A stretch of DNA of 64,000 nt, taken from Exilispira sp. Its GTDB lineage: Bacteria; Spirochaetota; JAAYUW01. The stretch's first letter is position 1. Every line of letters starts with the position of its first letter. The notes under the pieces were generated by a model that saw nothing but the letters and a program-made list of their open reading frames with translations, ran no database searches and had not been told where the DNA came from. Below, piece by piece: positions 55,849 to 64,000 of the stretch. The stretch is from assembly GCA_035385485.1 (NCBI GenBank), contig DAOOKC010000001.1, positions 8,385 through 72,384 of the forward strand, written 5' to 3'. A program made the translations under genes and the position numbers.

Positions 55849-56814
55849 TTATATCTTTATCTGTTTTTCTGATTTCATCCATTTTATTAAAATATCATTG
55901 AATGCCTGAGCAGAATTTATTCCAGTCTTTTTCAATCTTAAATTTAATGCCGATGTTTCGATTATAGCCGGAATATTTCTTCCAGGTCTTACCGGGATAA
56001 CAATAACAGGAACTTTTATGCCGAGTATTGATTCATATTTATCTATTAAGCCAAGTCTATCATATTTTCGAGATTGATCCCAATCTTCTAATATTATTTT
56101 TGCATCAATTCTTTTTTTATCTCTAACTGCTGAAACTCCAAAAAGTTGAACAACATTAATAATTCCAACACCTCTTACTTCCATAAAATGAGGTGCAATC
56201 TCTGAACCAGTTCCAAATAGAAAATTACCCGACATCTTTTTTATTATAACAATATCATCTGAAATAAGTCTATGCCCTCTTTTGATAAGGTCCAAAGCAG
56301 CTTCAGATTTACCAATGCCAGATTCACCAGTAATTAAAAGTCCAACACCATAAACCTCAACAAGATCTCCATGAACAGTTATAGATGGAGCAAATTTATC
56401 TTCCAGAAAAATTGTCAATAGTTTTTTAAGTATTGAAGCCTGTTCGGAAATTCTAACGATTGGTATATGATAATACTGACATAATCTTAATAATAGATTT
56501 GGGGGTTCAACTAATTCTGGTAATATAATTATTGCAGGATTATAATTTTCAAAAATATATTTAATATTTTCTTCAAGTAATTTTGAATCTTCTTTTTCTA
56601 ATCTACTGAAAAGATTTAATGAATTTGAATTAAAAAAATAAAGCATTCCTTTTTCAACAAGTTCAATATCTTTGTGAAATAAAATTGAAGGTTCAGCGAC
56701 AGTATCGGTTAAAATATAATTTTTACTGCCCGCTGAACCAGTAAAAAATTTAAATGTTAATAGATTATGTTTTTCAAAAAAATTATGAAGAAAATCAAAA
56801 ACTGTTAATCTCAT
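55849..56814 (-). CDS. hprK: HPr kinase/phosphorylase
   Basis: The P-loop GESGIGKSEAALDLIKRGHRLISDD and the C-terminal HprK signature (EVRGVGII) are present. Length is 321 aa. Confidence 0.9.
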   Translation of the reverse strand: MRLTVFDFLHNFFEKHNLLTFKFFTGSAGSKNYILTDTVAEPSILFHKDIELVEKGMLYFFNSNSLNLFSRLEKEDSKLLEENIKYIFENYNPAIIILPELVEPPNLLLRLCQYYHIPIVRISEQASILKKLLTIFLEDKFAPSITVHGDLVEVYGVGLLITGESGIGKSEAALDLIKRGHRLISDDIVIIKKMSGNFLFGTGSEIAPHFMEVRGVGIINVVQLFGVSAVRDKKRIDAKIILEDWDQSRKYDRLGLIDKYESILGIKVPVIVIPVRPGRNIPAIIETSALNLRLKKTGINSAQAFNDILIKWMKSEKQIKI

Positions 56815-56824
56815 ATAAATAAAT

Positions 56825-57601
56825 TTAAGTGGTAATTATATTCAAAATTGTTGGTCTTTCTGGATCTTTAAGTAAAATACAGGAATAATCATTAGTATTG
56901 GCATTTATGAAAAAATAATAAGGTTCATTATTGATTGATTTAATGGCATCTTCAATTGTTTTGGCTCTTAACTCTAATTTAGTGCTATCTTTAAGTTCTA
57001 TTTTATTAAAACCAACTTTTTCTACTTTATGTATTAGTAGATCTTGAGTATTATCAAACTTTTCTACCAATAGAAAATCTTTATCAGATAGTTTTATCAT
57101 CAAAGATGGTAAAATGTTATTTGATTCTAGTTCATAATTATAGAAAAATACAAAATCCAATTTCTTTTTTGGATGAAGAAGATGAATGGCATCAATCGAA
57201 GACATCGGTTTTTTACTTATCTGATTAAAATCAATTGTTTGTATCGGAATATTTTTATTTTTTTCAGATTCAAGAACCTCAACTATTTTTCTTAAAGGTT
57301 CCTGTTGTTTATGGTCTACAACTTTAGTTTTAAGTTTAGACAAGTTTTTTTCAACTCTATCAAATAGATCATCAATAGCTCTATACATATCTGTATCTCT
57401 TGAAGAAAAGAAAAGGGTTTTCCATTTAGCAAATTCGAATTCCATTTCTACCTGATGAACATAAGATGAGTCAATAGAAAAATAAACATTAATTCTTCCA
57501 ATAAGATGTTGATATTGATCAATCCTTGTAAGTTTTTTTTCAAAATAACTTTTTAGTGAATCAGTGATTTCTACATGATGTGAATTGTAAGAAATGTCCA
57601 T
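56825..57601 (-). CDS. hpf: Ribosome hibernation-promoting factor (RaiA/HPF family), long form with an extended C-terminal domain
   Basis: The N-terminal ~95 aa (MDISYNSHHVEITDSLKSYFEKKLTRIDQY...) match the sigma-54 modulation protein / HPF family. About 160 further residues follow. The position after rpoN is canonical. The start is trimmed to MDISYN. Confidence 0.75.
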   Translation of the reverse strand: MDISYNSHHVEITDSLKSYFEKKLTRIDQYQHLIGRINVYFSIDSSYVHQVEMEFEFAKWKTLFFSSRDTDMYRAIDDLFDRVEKNLSKLKTKVVDHKQQEPLRKIVEVLESEKNKNIPIQTIDFNQISKKPMSSIDAIHLLHPKKKLDFVFFYNYELESNNILPSLMIKLSDKDFLLVEKFDNTQDLLIHKVEKVGFNKIELKDSTKLELRAKTIEDAIKSINNEPYYFFINANTNDYSCILLKDPERPTILNIITT

Positions 57602-57649
57602 AATACCTCCCAAGTTAATTCAAAATAATAAAAATAAAAGTAAAATCAC

Positions 57650-58951
57650 CTAACTTTTTTTAATAACCCCCTTTCTTAATTGTTTTGAAGGAATACCAGC
57701 TATATCTCTATACTTAGAACAGGTCCTTCTAGATATATAATAACCTTTTTTACTTAAAATTTCAACTATCTCTTCATCTGAATAAGGGTTATCCTTAGGT
57801 TCATTTTCAATAATTTCTTTTATAGCATTTATAACCTGGAGCCTTGATTGGGTATTTTCAGAAGTTTTTTTCCCAAGTTTTTTAGAATAGGAAGCTGAAA
57901 AAAAGTATTTTAATGGATATATACCAAAAGGTGTATCAATATATTTATTATTCACAATCCTTGATAAAGTGGACTCAGAAATCTCTATTTTATTTGCAAA
58001 TTCCTTTTGTGAAATAGGTTTTATGTATTTTTCACCTTTAAAGAAAAATTCTTGTTGAAAAATGACAAAATATTTCATAAAAGTTTCAAATGTAGATTTT
58101 CTTAAAATAAGAGCATTATTTAAATTTTTAGCGTCATTTAACATTTTTTTGAATTCTGGATTTGATTCCTTAAGCTGATATTTATAAATGTTAAATTTAA
58201 AAGGTTCAATAATTTTATATGAAATCTTACCTTCTTTAATTGTAACAACAGCATCAGGGACAATGTAATTACTGATTTCGTGAACTATTGGTGGTGGAAT
58301 TTGAATTATTTCTGTCATTAGATTAACTATATTTTCAATATCCTCTTTATTAAAACCTTTTTTTATCAATTTATTAAAATTTTTAGATATTATATCTTCA
58401 TAATTATCAAATAAAGCATCAAATAAAAATAAAGATTGATCATTATCAGATAACCATATCTGTGCTAAAATCATTTCTTTGAGATTTTCAGAAGCATATC
58501 CTTTTGTATCAATAGCAGCAATACAAATTTTACCATTTTCTAATAAATGAAAAGGAAGATTTAATTCTTTTGCAATATCAGTAAGTTTTTTAGTTAGCAT
58601 GCCATTTTTTGAAAGATATGGAATGAGCAAAAGCGCATAATTTTTTTCTTCCTCAGAAATTTCATAATATTCAAGTTCATTTTTAAAATAATCAAAAATA
58701 CTTTCATATTGATGGTCTGTTTTATCAAGCAAATCAGAAGATGAAATCAGGTTATTATCATATTTTGGAAAATACTTTATGATTTCTTCATAATTTTCTT
58801 CATACTCAATAAAGGGATTTTCTTCAGACTTTTCCTTAATATATTGCTCCAATTCAATTGAGTTCATAGAGATTAGTTTCATCTCAAGTATTAATGAAGG
58901 AAGTAAAACCTGTTTTTGCTCTAATCTGTTTTCAAAACTAAAATTACTCAT
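57650..58951 (-). CDS. rpoN: RNA polymerase sigma-54 factor
   Basis: An N-terminal activator-interacting region I, a central core, and a C-terminal HTH plus RpoN box (ARRTCSKYRDIAGIPSKQLR). Confidence 0.9.
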   Translation of the reverse strand: MSNFSFENRLEQKQVLLPSLILEMKLISMNSIELEQYIKEKSEENPFIEYEENYEEIIKYFPKYDNNLISSSDLLDKTDHQYESIFDYFKNELEYYEISEEEKNYALLLIPYLSKNGMLTKKLTDIAKELNLPFHLLENGKICIAAIDTKGYASENLKEMILAQIWLSDNDQSLFLFDALFDNYEDIISKNFNKLIKKGFNKEDIENIVNLMTEIIQIPPPIVHEISNYIVPDAVVTIKEGKISYKIIEPFKFNIYKYQLKESNPEFKKMLNDAKNLNNALILRKSTFETFMKYFVIFQQEFFFKGEKYIKPISQKEFANKIEISESTLSRIVNNKYIDTPFGIYPLKYFFSASYSKKLGKKTSENTQSRLQVINAIKEIIENEPKDNPYSDEEIVEILSKKGYYISRRTCSKYRDIAGIPSKQLRKGVIKKS

Positions 58952-59670
58952 AATTCAAAATCTTTTCCAAGATAGATATTTCTTGCTTCTTCACTTGAAA
59001 TCAAAGTTGGGGTATCTCCTTCAATTAGTATCTTTCCATGATTTATTATATAACTTCTTTGAGTAATTTTCAAGGTATCTCTAACATTGTGGTCTGTAAT
59101 AATTATACCTATGCCTTTTTCTTGAATTCTAGATATTATAGATTGAAGTTCAATAATTGCTATTGGATCAACTCCTGCGAAAGGTTCATCCAAGAGCAAA
59201 AAATCTGGTTCATTTACCAAAGTTCTTGCTATTTCAACTCTTCTTCTTTCCCCACCTGATAAAGTATATCCCTTTTGTTTTCTTAAATCCCATAGTGAAA
59301 ATTCCTTTAATATTTTTTCACATTCTTCTTTTCTCTGGGAAGAATTTAAAGAATCTTTCAATTCTAAAATCGCAAGTATATTTTCTTCAACAGTCATATT
59401 TCTGAATATTGATGCCTGTTGTGGTAGATAACCCATCCCAAGTCTTGATCTTTTATGCATAGGATATTTAGTTATTTCTTTATCTTTTAAGAATATTTTA
59501 CCAGAATTAGGTTTTAAAAAACCTACAATCATATAAAAAATAGTGCTTTTACCCGCGCCATTTGGTCCAAGTAAACCTATAATCTCACCTTTTTTAATAT
59601 ATAAGGAAACATTATCAACAGCAAGTTTTTTACCAAAACTTTTGGATAGATTTTCGATTCTTAATTCCAT
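58948..59670 (-). CDS. lptB: ABC transporter ATP-binding protein, LptB-like (LPS export). The assignment rests on the conserved position immediately upstream of rpoN.
   Basis: Walker A GPNGAGKST, the signature LSGGERRRVEIAR, and Walker B LLLDEP. Length is 240 aa with no TM domain. A 4-nt overlap with rpoN suggests coupling. Confidence 0.75.
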   Translation of the reverse strand: MELRIENLSKSFGKKLAVDNVSLYIKKGEIIGLLGPNGAGKSTIFYMIVGFLKPNSGKIFLKDKEITKYPMHKRSRLGMGYLPQQASIFRNMTVEENILAILELKDSLNSSQRKEECEKILKEFSLWDLRKQKGYTLSGGERRRVEIARTLVNEPDFLLLDEPFAGVDPIAIIELQSIISRIQEKGIGIIITDHNVRDTLKITQRSYIINHGKILIEGDTPTLISSEEARNIYLGKDFEL

Positions 59671-59743
59671 TTTTTCTCCTGTATTAAATTATAATTTTTC
59701 TATATTTATTTTAATTATTTTAACTTTTACTTCTAATTAATTC

Positions 59744-59821
59744 TCATATTAAATTCTTTTAAATTCAATATCTAATTAATTCTTAATTTTGATTAGTTTT
59801 ACTTAAATATTTAATTAATTC
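59744..59821. promoter_or_regulatory. Three direct copies of the 11-mer (C/T)TAATTAATTC in the upstream region of the lptB-rpoN-hpf-hprK operon
   Basis: CTAATTAATTC occurs at 59743-59753 and 59773-59783, and TTAATTAATTC at 59811-59821, spaced 30 and 38 bp apart. The core TAATTAATT is partially palindromic. Confidence 0.4.
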
Positions 59822-59847
59822 ATATATTTAAACTTTTATTTATGCAT

Positions 59848-60819
59848 TTATACTATTTTATATTTAATAATATCACTTAAATCGATAATCCCAGCTAAAG
59901 ATTGATCTTCATTTAAAACTATTAATTGTCTAATTTTTAATTCTTCCATTTTATTAATTGCAGTTATTACTAATTCATTTTTAAGTATTGTATGTGGTGT
60001 TTTAATCATAACCTCTTTGGCCTGTAATTCAAGTAAATTATTATATTTTAGTAGGAGTCTTTTAAGATCTCCGTCTGTTATAATTCCAGTAACCTTATTA
60101 TCTTCACAGTAAAAAACACAGATACCCATATTTGGTGGTGGAATCGAGACAATTGCCTTTAAGGCATCCTTAATCTTAGAATTATCTGGTAAAAGTGCAA
60201 ATTTTCCAACAGGGGTCATTATTTCTTCAACTTTTTTGAGTTTCTTTCCTAAATTACCACCTGGATGGAATTGGGCAAATTGCTCTTTTTTAAAATTCCT
60301 TTTTTGCATTAAGGCTATTGCAAGACAATCACCTAATACTAAAGTGGCAGTAGTTGAGGTGGTTGGAGCAAGATTTAGTGGGCAAGCTTCGTCTGTTTTA
60401 GGAATCTTAAGGACAACATTTGCGATTTCTGCCAATTGAGATTTTTCATTTGTAGTAATTGCAATAATAGGAATTTTTAATCTTTTTGGATATTCAAGCG
60501 CGATAAGAAGCTCCGAAGATCCGCCATCCTTGGAAATCGCAATTATTACATCATCTTCATTAATTACACCAATGTCTCCATGAAGTGCATCATTTGGATT
60601 TAAGAAAAAAGAGGGGGTGCCGGTGGAAGAAAAAGTGGCAGAAATTTTGCTACCAATATGGCCGGATTTACCAACCCCCATCACTATTGTTTTACCTTTA
60701 CAGTTGTAAATATATTCAATAGCCTTGTTTATAGAATCATCCAAAAGTTCTGCTAAAAGTTTTAACCCCTCAATTTCTTTTTCTATTACTTCTTTGCAGA
60801 TTTGCATTTCTTTTGTCAT
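59848..60819 (-). CDS. kdsD: Arabinose-5-phosphate isomerase (KdsD/KpsF/GutQ family: SIS + CBS pair)
   Basis: A SIS domain (IVMGVGKSGHIGSKISATFSSTGTPSFFLNP...HGDIG), then two CBS motifs. Length is 323 aa. Confidence 0.85.
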   Translation of the reverse strand: MTKEMQICKEVIEKEIEGLKLLAELLDDSINKAIEYIYNCKGKTIVMGVGKSGHIGSKISATFSSTGTPSFFLNPNDALHGDIGVINEDDVIIAISKDGGSSELLIALEYPKRLKIPIIAITTNEKSQLAEIANVVLKIPKTDEACPLNLAPTTSTTATLVLGDCLAIALMQKRNFKKEQFAQFHPGGNLGKKLKKVEEIMTPVGKFALLPDNSKIKDALKAIVSIPPPNMGICVFYCEDNKVTGIITDGDLKRLLLKYNNLLELQAKEVMIKTPHTILKNELVITAINKMEELKIRQLIVLNEDQSLAGIIDLSDIIKYKIV

Positions 60820-60966
60820 TGAATAATTCCTTGAAATTTTATTTTATTTTTAATAATTTTATTAAATTAATAACTGAATTACAGTAATATATTATTAGAT
60901 TAATTAAATATAGAAAAAAGAACAACATCAAATAATAGATAAAATAAATTTATTGAAATTAAAATG

Positions 60967-61809
60967 CTATTTTGCAAAAGTATTCTCCCTCAAAAATTTA
61001 CAAAGAGGAATAAGCTTTTTTAAAAGATTAAATAAATCATCAAGTAGTATTAAATTTGAAGAATCAGATTTTGCCTCTTCCCTTGAATAATGAGTCTCAA
61101 AAAAGAAAATATCAAAAAATGAAGCAGCAGCAGTAATTGCAAGATTATCGCAAAATTGAGGCTCTCCCGAACTTTGACTTGTAGCGCCTGGAAGTTGAAG
61201 GGAATGGGTAGCATCAAAGCAAATTGGAGCCAATTTTTTTAAAATAGGTACATATTTAAAATCATTTACCAATCTATTGTATCCAAAAAATGTCCCTCTT
61301 TCGGTAATAAAGTAATTTACATTACCACATTCATCTACTTTTTTACATACATGCTCCATTTCCCAAGGTGAAAGGAATTGCCCTTTTTTTAAATTGATAG
61401 TCTTACCTGTTTTTGCAGCGGCTTCGACTAAATCGGTTTGTCTAACCAAAAATGCTGGTATCTGAATTATATCAACAACTGAAGCCACTTCATTAGCCTG
61501 AGACGGTATATGTATGTCTGTTAAAACAGGAATTGAAAATTTATTTTTAACTTTTTCTAATATTTCTAAGCCTTTTTTAATTCCGACCCCTCTAAATGAA
61601 TTTATCGATGTGCGATTAGCCTTATCAAATGAAGCTTTAAAAATAAGGTCGAAGTTTAATTCTTTTGAAAATTGAGCCAATCTTTCAGCTATAATTAAAG
61701 TCTGCTTTTCACTTTCAATTACACAGGGCCCCAATATAAAAGGGGGCATAAGATTTTCGCCCGCATAGATGTTATCTGTAATTTTTATCTTTTTTGAATA
61801 TACTATCAT
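60967..61809 (-). CDS. kdsA: 3-deoxy-8-phosphooctulonate (KDO-8-P) synthase
   Basis: FILGPCVIESE near the N-terminus, a DAH7P/KDO8P synthase (beta/alpha)8 pattern, and the KDATHSLQLPG-type motif (FDATHSLQLPG). Length is 280 aa. Confidence 0.85.
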   Translation of the reverse strand: MIVYSKKIKITDNIYAGENLMPPFILGPCVIESEKQTLIIAERLAQFSKELNFDLIFKASFDKANRTSINSFRGVGIKKGLEILEKVKNKFSIPVLTDIHIPSQANEVASVVDIIQIPAFLVRQTDLVEAAAKTGKTINLKKGQFLSPWEMEHVCKKVDECGNVNYFITERGTFFGYNRLVNDFKYVPILKKLAPICFDATHSLQLPGATSQSSGEPQFCDNLAITAAASFFDIFFFETHYSREEAKSDSSNLILLDDLFNLLKKLIPLCKFLRENTFAK

Positions 61810-61925
61810 ATTAACCTTATCTTGTGACTTTTTTTAAAATTATCAAAAAGGGGATAAATGGCAATATCAAAAATTTATTTTATTAAAAATTTATTTCTAT
61901 TATGATTTTATTATGAATTAACCTA

Positions 61926-62732
61926 TTACTTTAATATAATCAAATAAAAATTTTTATCATTACCTATATAGACTAATTTTTGATTATATGGCTGCTCAGA
62001 AGAAAAAAGATATAAAGTTCTAACTTTATTTATTAAAAATAAATCGGGCTCAATTATTTCACATAATATTGAAGAATTGAAATAGAAGTTTTTAAGGTAA
62101 CTCTTATCTATATTAATATTTAGTTCTTCAAATGAAAAAATCTTTTTAAAATTAACTATTATCGGGATTTTAATACTGCTTTGCAAAAATCCTAAAAAAA
62201 TCTTTATTCTATCTTCTTTTTCATAAAATTTATTGGCAATTAATATTCTTAAAACTATTGGTAATAAATCCATTAGAATGATATTTTTTTCAGGGAGTTT
62301 TATTCTTTTTTCTTCATTTAGTTTCTCATTGATATATTTTTGGAAGATATAAAAATCATAGTTATAAATAAATTTTTCAAGTTGCTTTTTTTCTTTATCA
62401 AAAGTTTCTTTATATAATAGTTTTAAATCGTTGGAAAAAACTGATTTTGAATAGAATTCTTTTTGAGAAATTTCATTTATAATATTTTTTGTATTTAAAT
62501 CAAAAGACCAGCTTTCATTGTATTCTTCGAATTCATATTTATTTTTTACATATTTTATAAGGTCATAAATAGCAATTTGATTTTTAATTAAAAAATCTTC
62601 AGACTTATATTTTTGATTTAAAATATTATCTATTGTAACAATTTTTATTTCGTCATTGCTACTTATAAATGAAAAAGAAACCAAAATTACCGAAATAATT
62701 AATAGAGAAATAGAAATTTTAATATTTTTCAT
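61926..62732 (-). CDS. Hypothetical exported protein
   Basis: An N-terminal signal-like hydrophobic segment. No recognisable domains. The protein is K/N/F-rich. Confidence 0.35.
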   Translation of the reverse strand: MKNIKISISLLIISVILVSFSFISSNDEIKIVTIDNILNQKYKSEDFLIKNQIAIYDLIKYVKNKYEFEEYNESWSFDLNTKNIINEISQKEFYSKSVFSNDLKLLYKETFDKEKKQLEKFIYNYDFYIFQKYINEKLNEEKRIKLPEKNIILMDLLPIVLRILIANKFYEKEDRIKIFLGFLQSSIKIPIIVNFKKIFSFEELNINIDKSYLKNFYFNSSILCEIIEPDLFLINKVRTLYLFSSEQPYNQKLVYIGNDKNFYLIILK

Positions 62733-62864
62733 TATTTTTGAATAATTTATTTAGGAAAAAATACAATTAACTTAATTACAATTTTAAATTTTCTTTGATT
62801 TTATTATAGCTCATTTTCTTGACTTTTTAAATCTTAAGTAAATATTTGTTTAGAGGGAAGAAAT

Positions 62865-63245
62865 ATGTCAAAAAATCCAAATGAAAATACTTCTTTAATA
62901 GGCGAAAATTCTTTTTTCTCTGGAAATATTCATCTTACCGGGCAACTTAGAGTAGATGGGAAATATGAAGGTTCCATTCTGTATATTGAGCATTTAACTG
63001 TAGGTAAAAGTGGAAAGGTAAAAAGCAATGTTATCGCAGATATAATTATTGTAGAAGGTTTGATAATTGGAAATATTGAGGCTAAAACAAGAGTAATGCT
63101 TATGCCAACTGCTGCTATATATGGAGATATAAAAACACCTGAATTAATAATTCAAAATGGTGTCATTCTAGAGGGGAAATGCATAATTTCTCCAAATCTT
63201 TCGAAAAATGTAAAAGAGATTATTGAAAAAAGGTATAATGAATAA
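62865..63245 (+). CDS. Bactofilin (polymer-forming cytoskeletal protein)
   Basis: 126 aa. Repetitive beta-helix-type pattern with hydrophobic periodicity and GxI/V motifs (VGKSGKVKSNVIADIIIVEGLIIGNIEAKTRVMLMPTAAIYGDIKTPELIIQNGVILEGKCII), typical of the bactofilin (DUF583) fold. Confidence 0.7.
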   Translation: MSKNPNENTSLIGENSFFSGNIHLTGQLRVDGKYEGSILYIEHLTVGKSGKVKSNVIADIIIVEGLIIGNIEAKTRVMLMPTAAIYGDIKTPELIIQNGVILEGKCIISPNLSKNVKEIIEKRYNE

Positions 63246-64000
63246 TCCAATCATAATTTCTTTTGGTGATCCTGGAAGTATTAATTCAGAAATACTATTA
63301 AAATCAATACCTTTAATTAAAGAAAATAAAAATGATCTTATTATAATTGGTTCAAGAAAAGCTCTTATTAAAGAGTCAGAAAAAATTTATTATGAAAATA
63401 ATTTGCTTAAATTATTTAATATTGAAAAGATAAAGACAATAGAAAGTATTGGTTCTTTTGAAAAAATTATAAAGATTAAAAAAGAAAAATTAGAAATATA
63501 TATAAAAAAATCTGCTAAAGAAATATATTATCTTTATTTAAGTTATAAAAATAATAAAAATGAGATAAATAACAACAATGATAAAAATAATAAAAATTAT
63601 AAAAATAGTGAAAATAATGAAAATAGCAAAAATATTAATGATTTTTTTCAATCAGATAAAAAAAATATATTCTTTTTTGATCCTTTTGAAGATTTAAATT
63701 TTGAAATTGCCAGAATCGATATTAAAAATGGTTTTCTTTCTTATCTTTATCTTGCAATTAGCTGTGCATTAATAGAAATTCTTAATTTTAATGCATATTT
63801 AATAACAATGCCTTTAAATAAAAAATCTGTATCTTTATATGATAGAGAATTTAAAGGTCATACAGATTTTTTAATAGAAAGATACAATGCAAAAGATGCC
63901 AGAATGCTTATGCATTCAGATAAACTTTCTATTCTTATGGAGACAAATCATCTTCCTATATTAAAATTGAAAAAGTATTTAAATTCCAAACATTTTTTAA
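63238..64000 (+). CDS. pdxA: PdxA-family dehydrogenase (4-hydroxythreonine-4-phosphate dehydrogenase-like), 3'-truncated by the window. It was not in the ORF track because it has no stop within the window.
   Basis: My own translation from the ATG that overlaps the bactofilin stop gives MNNPIIISFGDPGSINSEILLKS (PdxA N-terminus GDPxGIgpEi) and later ITMPLNKKSV...FKGHTDFL (the PdxA GHTE region). An N/K-rich insertion lies between them. The start coordinate is ±2 nt. Confidence 0.6.
   Translation, partial: MNNPIIISFGDPGSINSEILLKSIPLIKENKNDLIIIGSRKALIKESEKIYYENNLLKLFNIEKIKTIESIGSFEKIIKIKKEKLEIYIKKSAKEIYYLYLSYKNNKNEINNNNDKNNKNYKNSENNENSKNINDFFQSDKKNIFFFDPFEDLNFEIARIDIKNGFLSYLYLAISCALIEILNFNAYLITMPLNKKSVSLYDREFKGHTDFLIERYNAKDARMLMHSDKLSILMETNHLPILKLKKYLNSKHFL

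Noticed and set aside
58948-59670. Alternative call of the ABC ATPase as a generic ABC transporter component
   Set aside because: It has no TM domain and no adjacent permease, and sits in the canonical position immediately upstream of rpoN after kdsD. That favours LptB, although the assignment is positional.

Overview
This is a densely coded (~90%), very AT-rich window of a bacterial chromosome. I could support about 55 protein genes, two tRNAs (Cys-GCA and Leu-TAA) and one intrinsic terminator. The proteins carry many Lys/Asn/Ile-rich low-complexity insertions. Most of the window is core housekeeping. A conserved block runs rpsB-tsf-pyrH-frr-uppS-cdsA-dxr-rseP-dgt, followed by dapA and an M20 peptidase. 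An rpoN neighbourhood runs kdsA, kdsD/kpsF, lptB, rpoN, long hpf, hprK, ptsH. There are also rny-ymdB, proS, rnhB, recJ, pdp, folC, ychF, maf and the 5' end of a pdxA-like gene. Taken together, LPS genes (kdsA, kdsD, lptB), RNase Y, sigma-54, HprK/HPr without a full PTS and a bactofilin point to a low-GC diderm, possibly spirochaete-like, but the lineage cannot be assigned from sequence alone. I saw no transposases, integrases, CRISPR arrays or recognisable defence or toxin genes. The parts that do not look like core genes are as follows. (1) A 7.5-kb translationally coupled pair lies between pdp and folC: a 1480-aa membrane-anchored coiled-coil protein ending in a sigma-70 region-4-like HTH, then a 1038-aa TPR protein with a Gln/Pro-rich tract. 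The coiled-coil gene contains an internal purine-rich island with switched codon usage. (2) A three-gene cyclic-nucleotide signalling cluster (zinc-ribbon-HDOD, GAF-HD-GYP, stand-alone cNMP-binding domain) sits just upstream of the tRNAs. (3) A TM-TPR protein has a C-terminal domain resembling a restriction-endonuclease (Mrr_cat) fold, next to an orphan citC and a small LysM protein. (4) An NtrB/NtrC-type sigma-54 two-component pair overlaps a possible holA-like gene and is followed by two envelope proteins. (5) A multi-kinase phosphorelay cluster has a solute-binding-domain-fused kinase. (6) An 11-mer (C/T)TAATTAATTC occurs three times in the promoter region of the lptB-rpoN operon. (7) A MutS domain-V ATPase lacks an Smr domain. 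(8) A YchF homologue has a degenerate P-loop. All function calls come from motifs I recognised by eye in the supplied translations. No database search was run.
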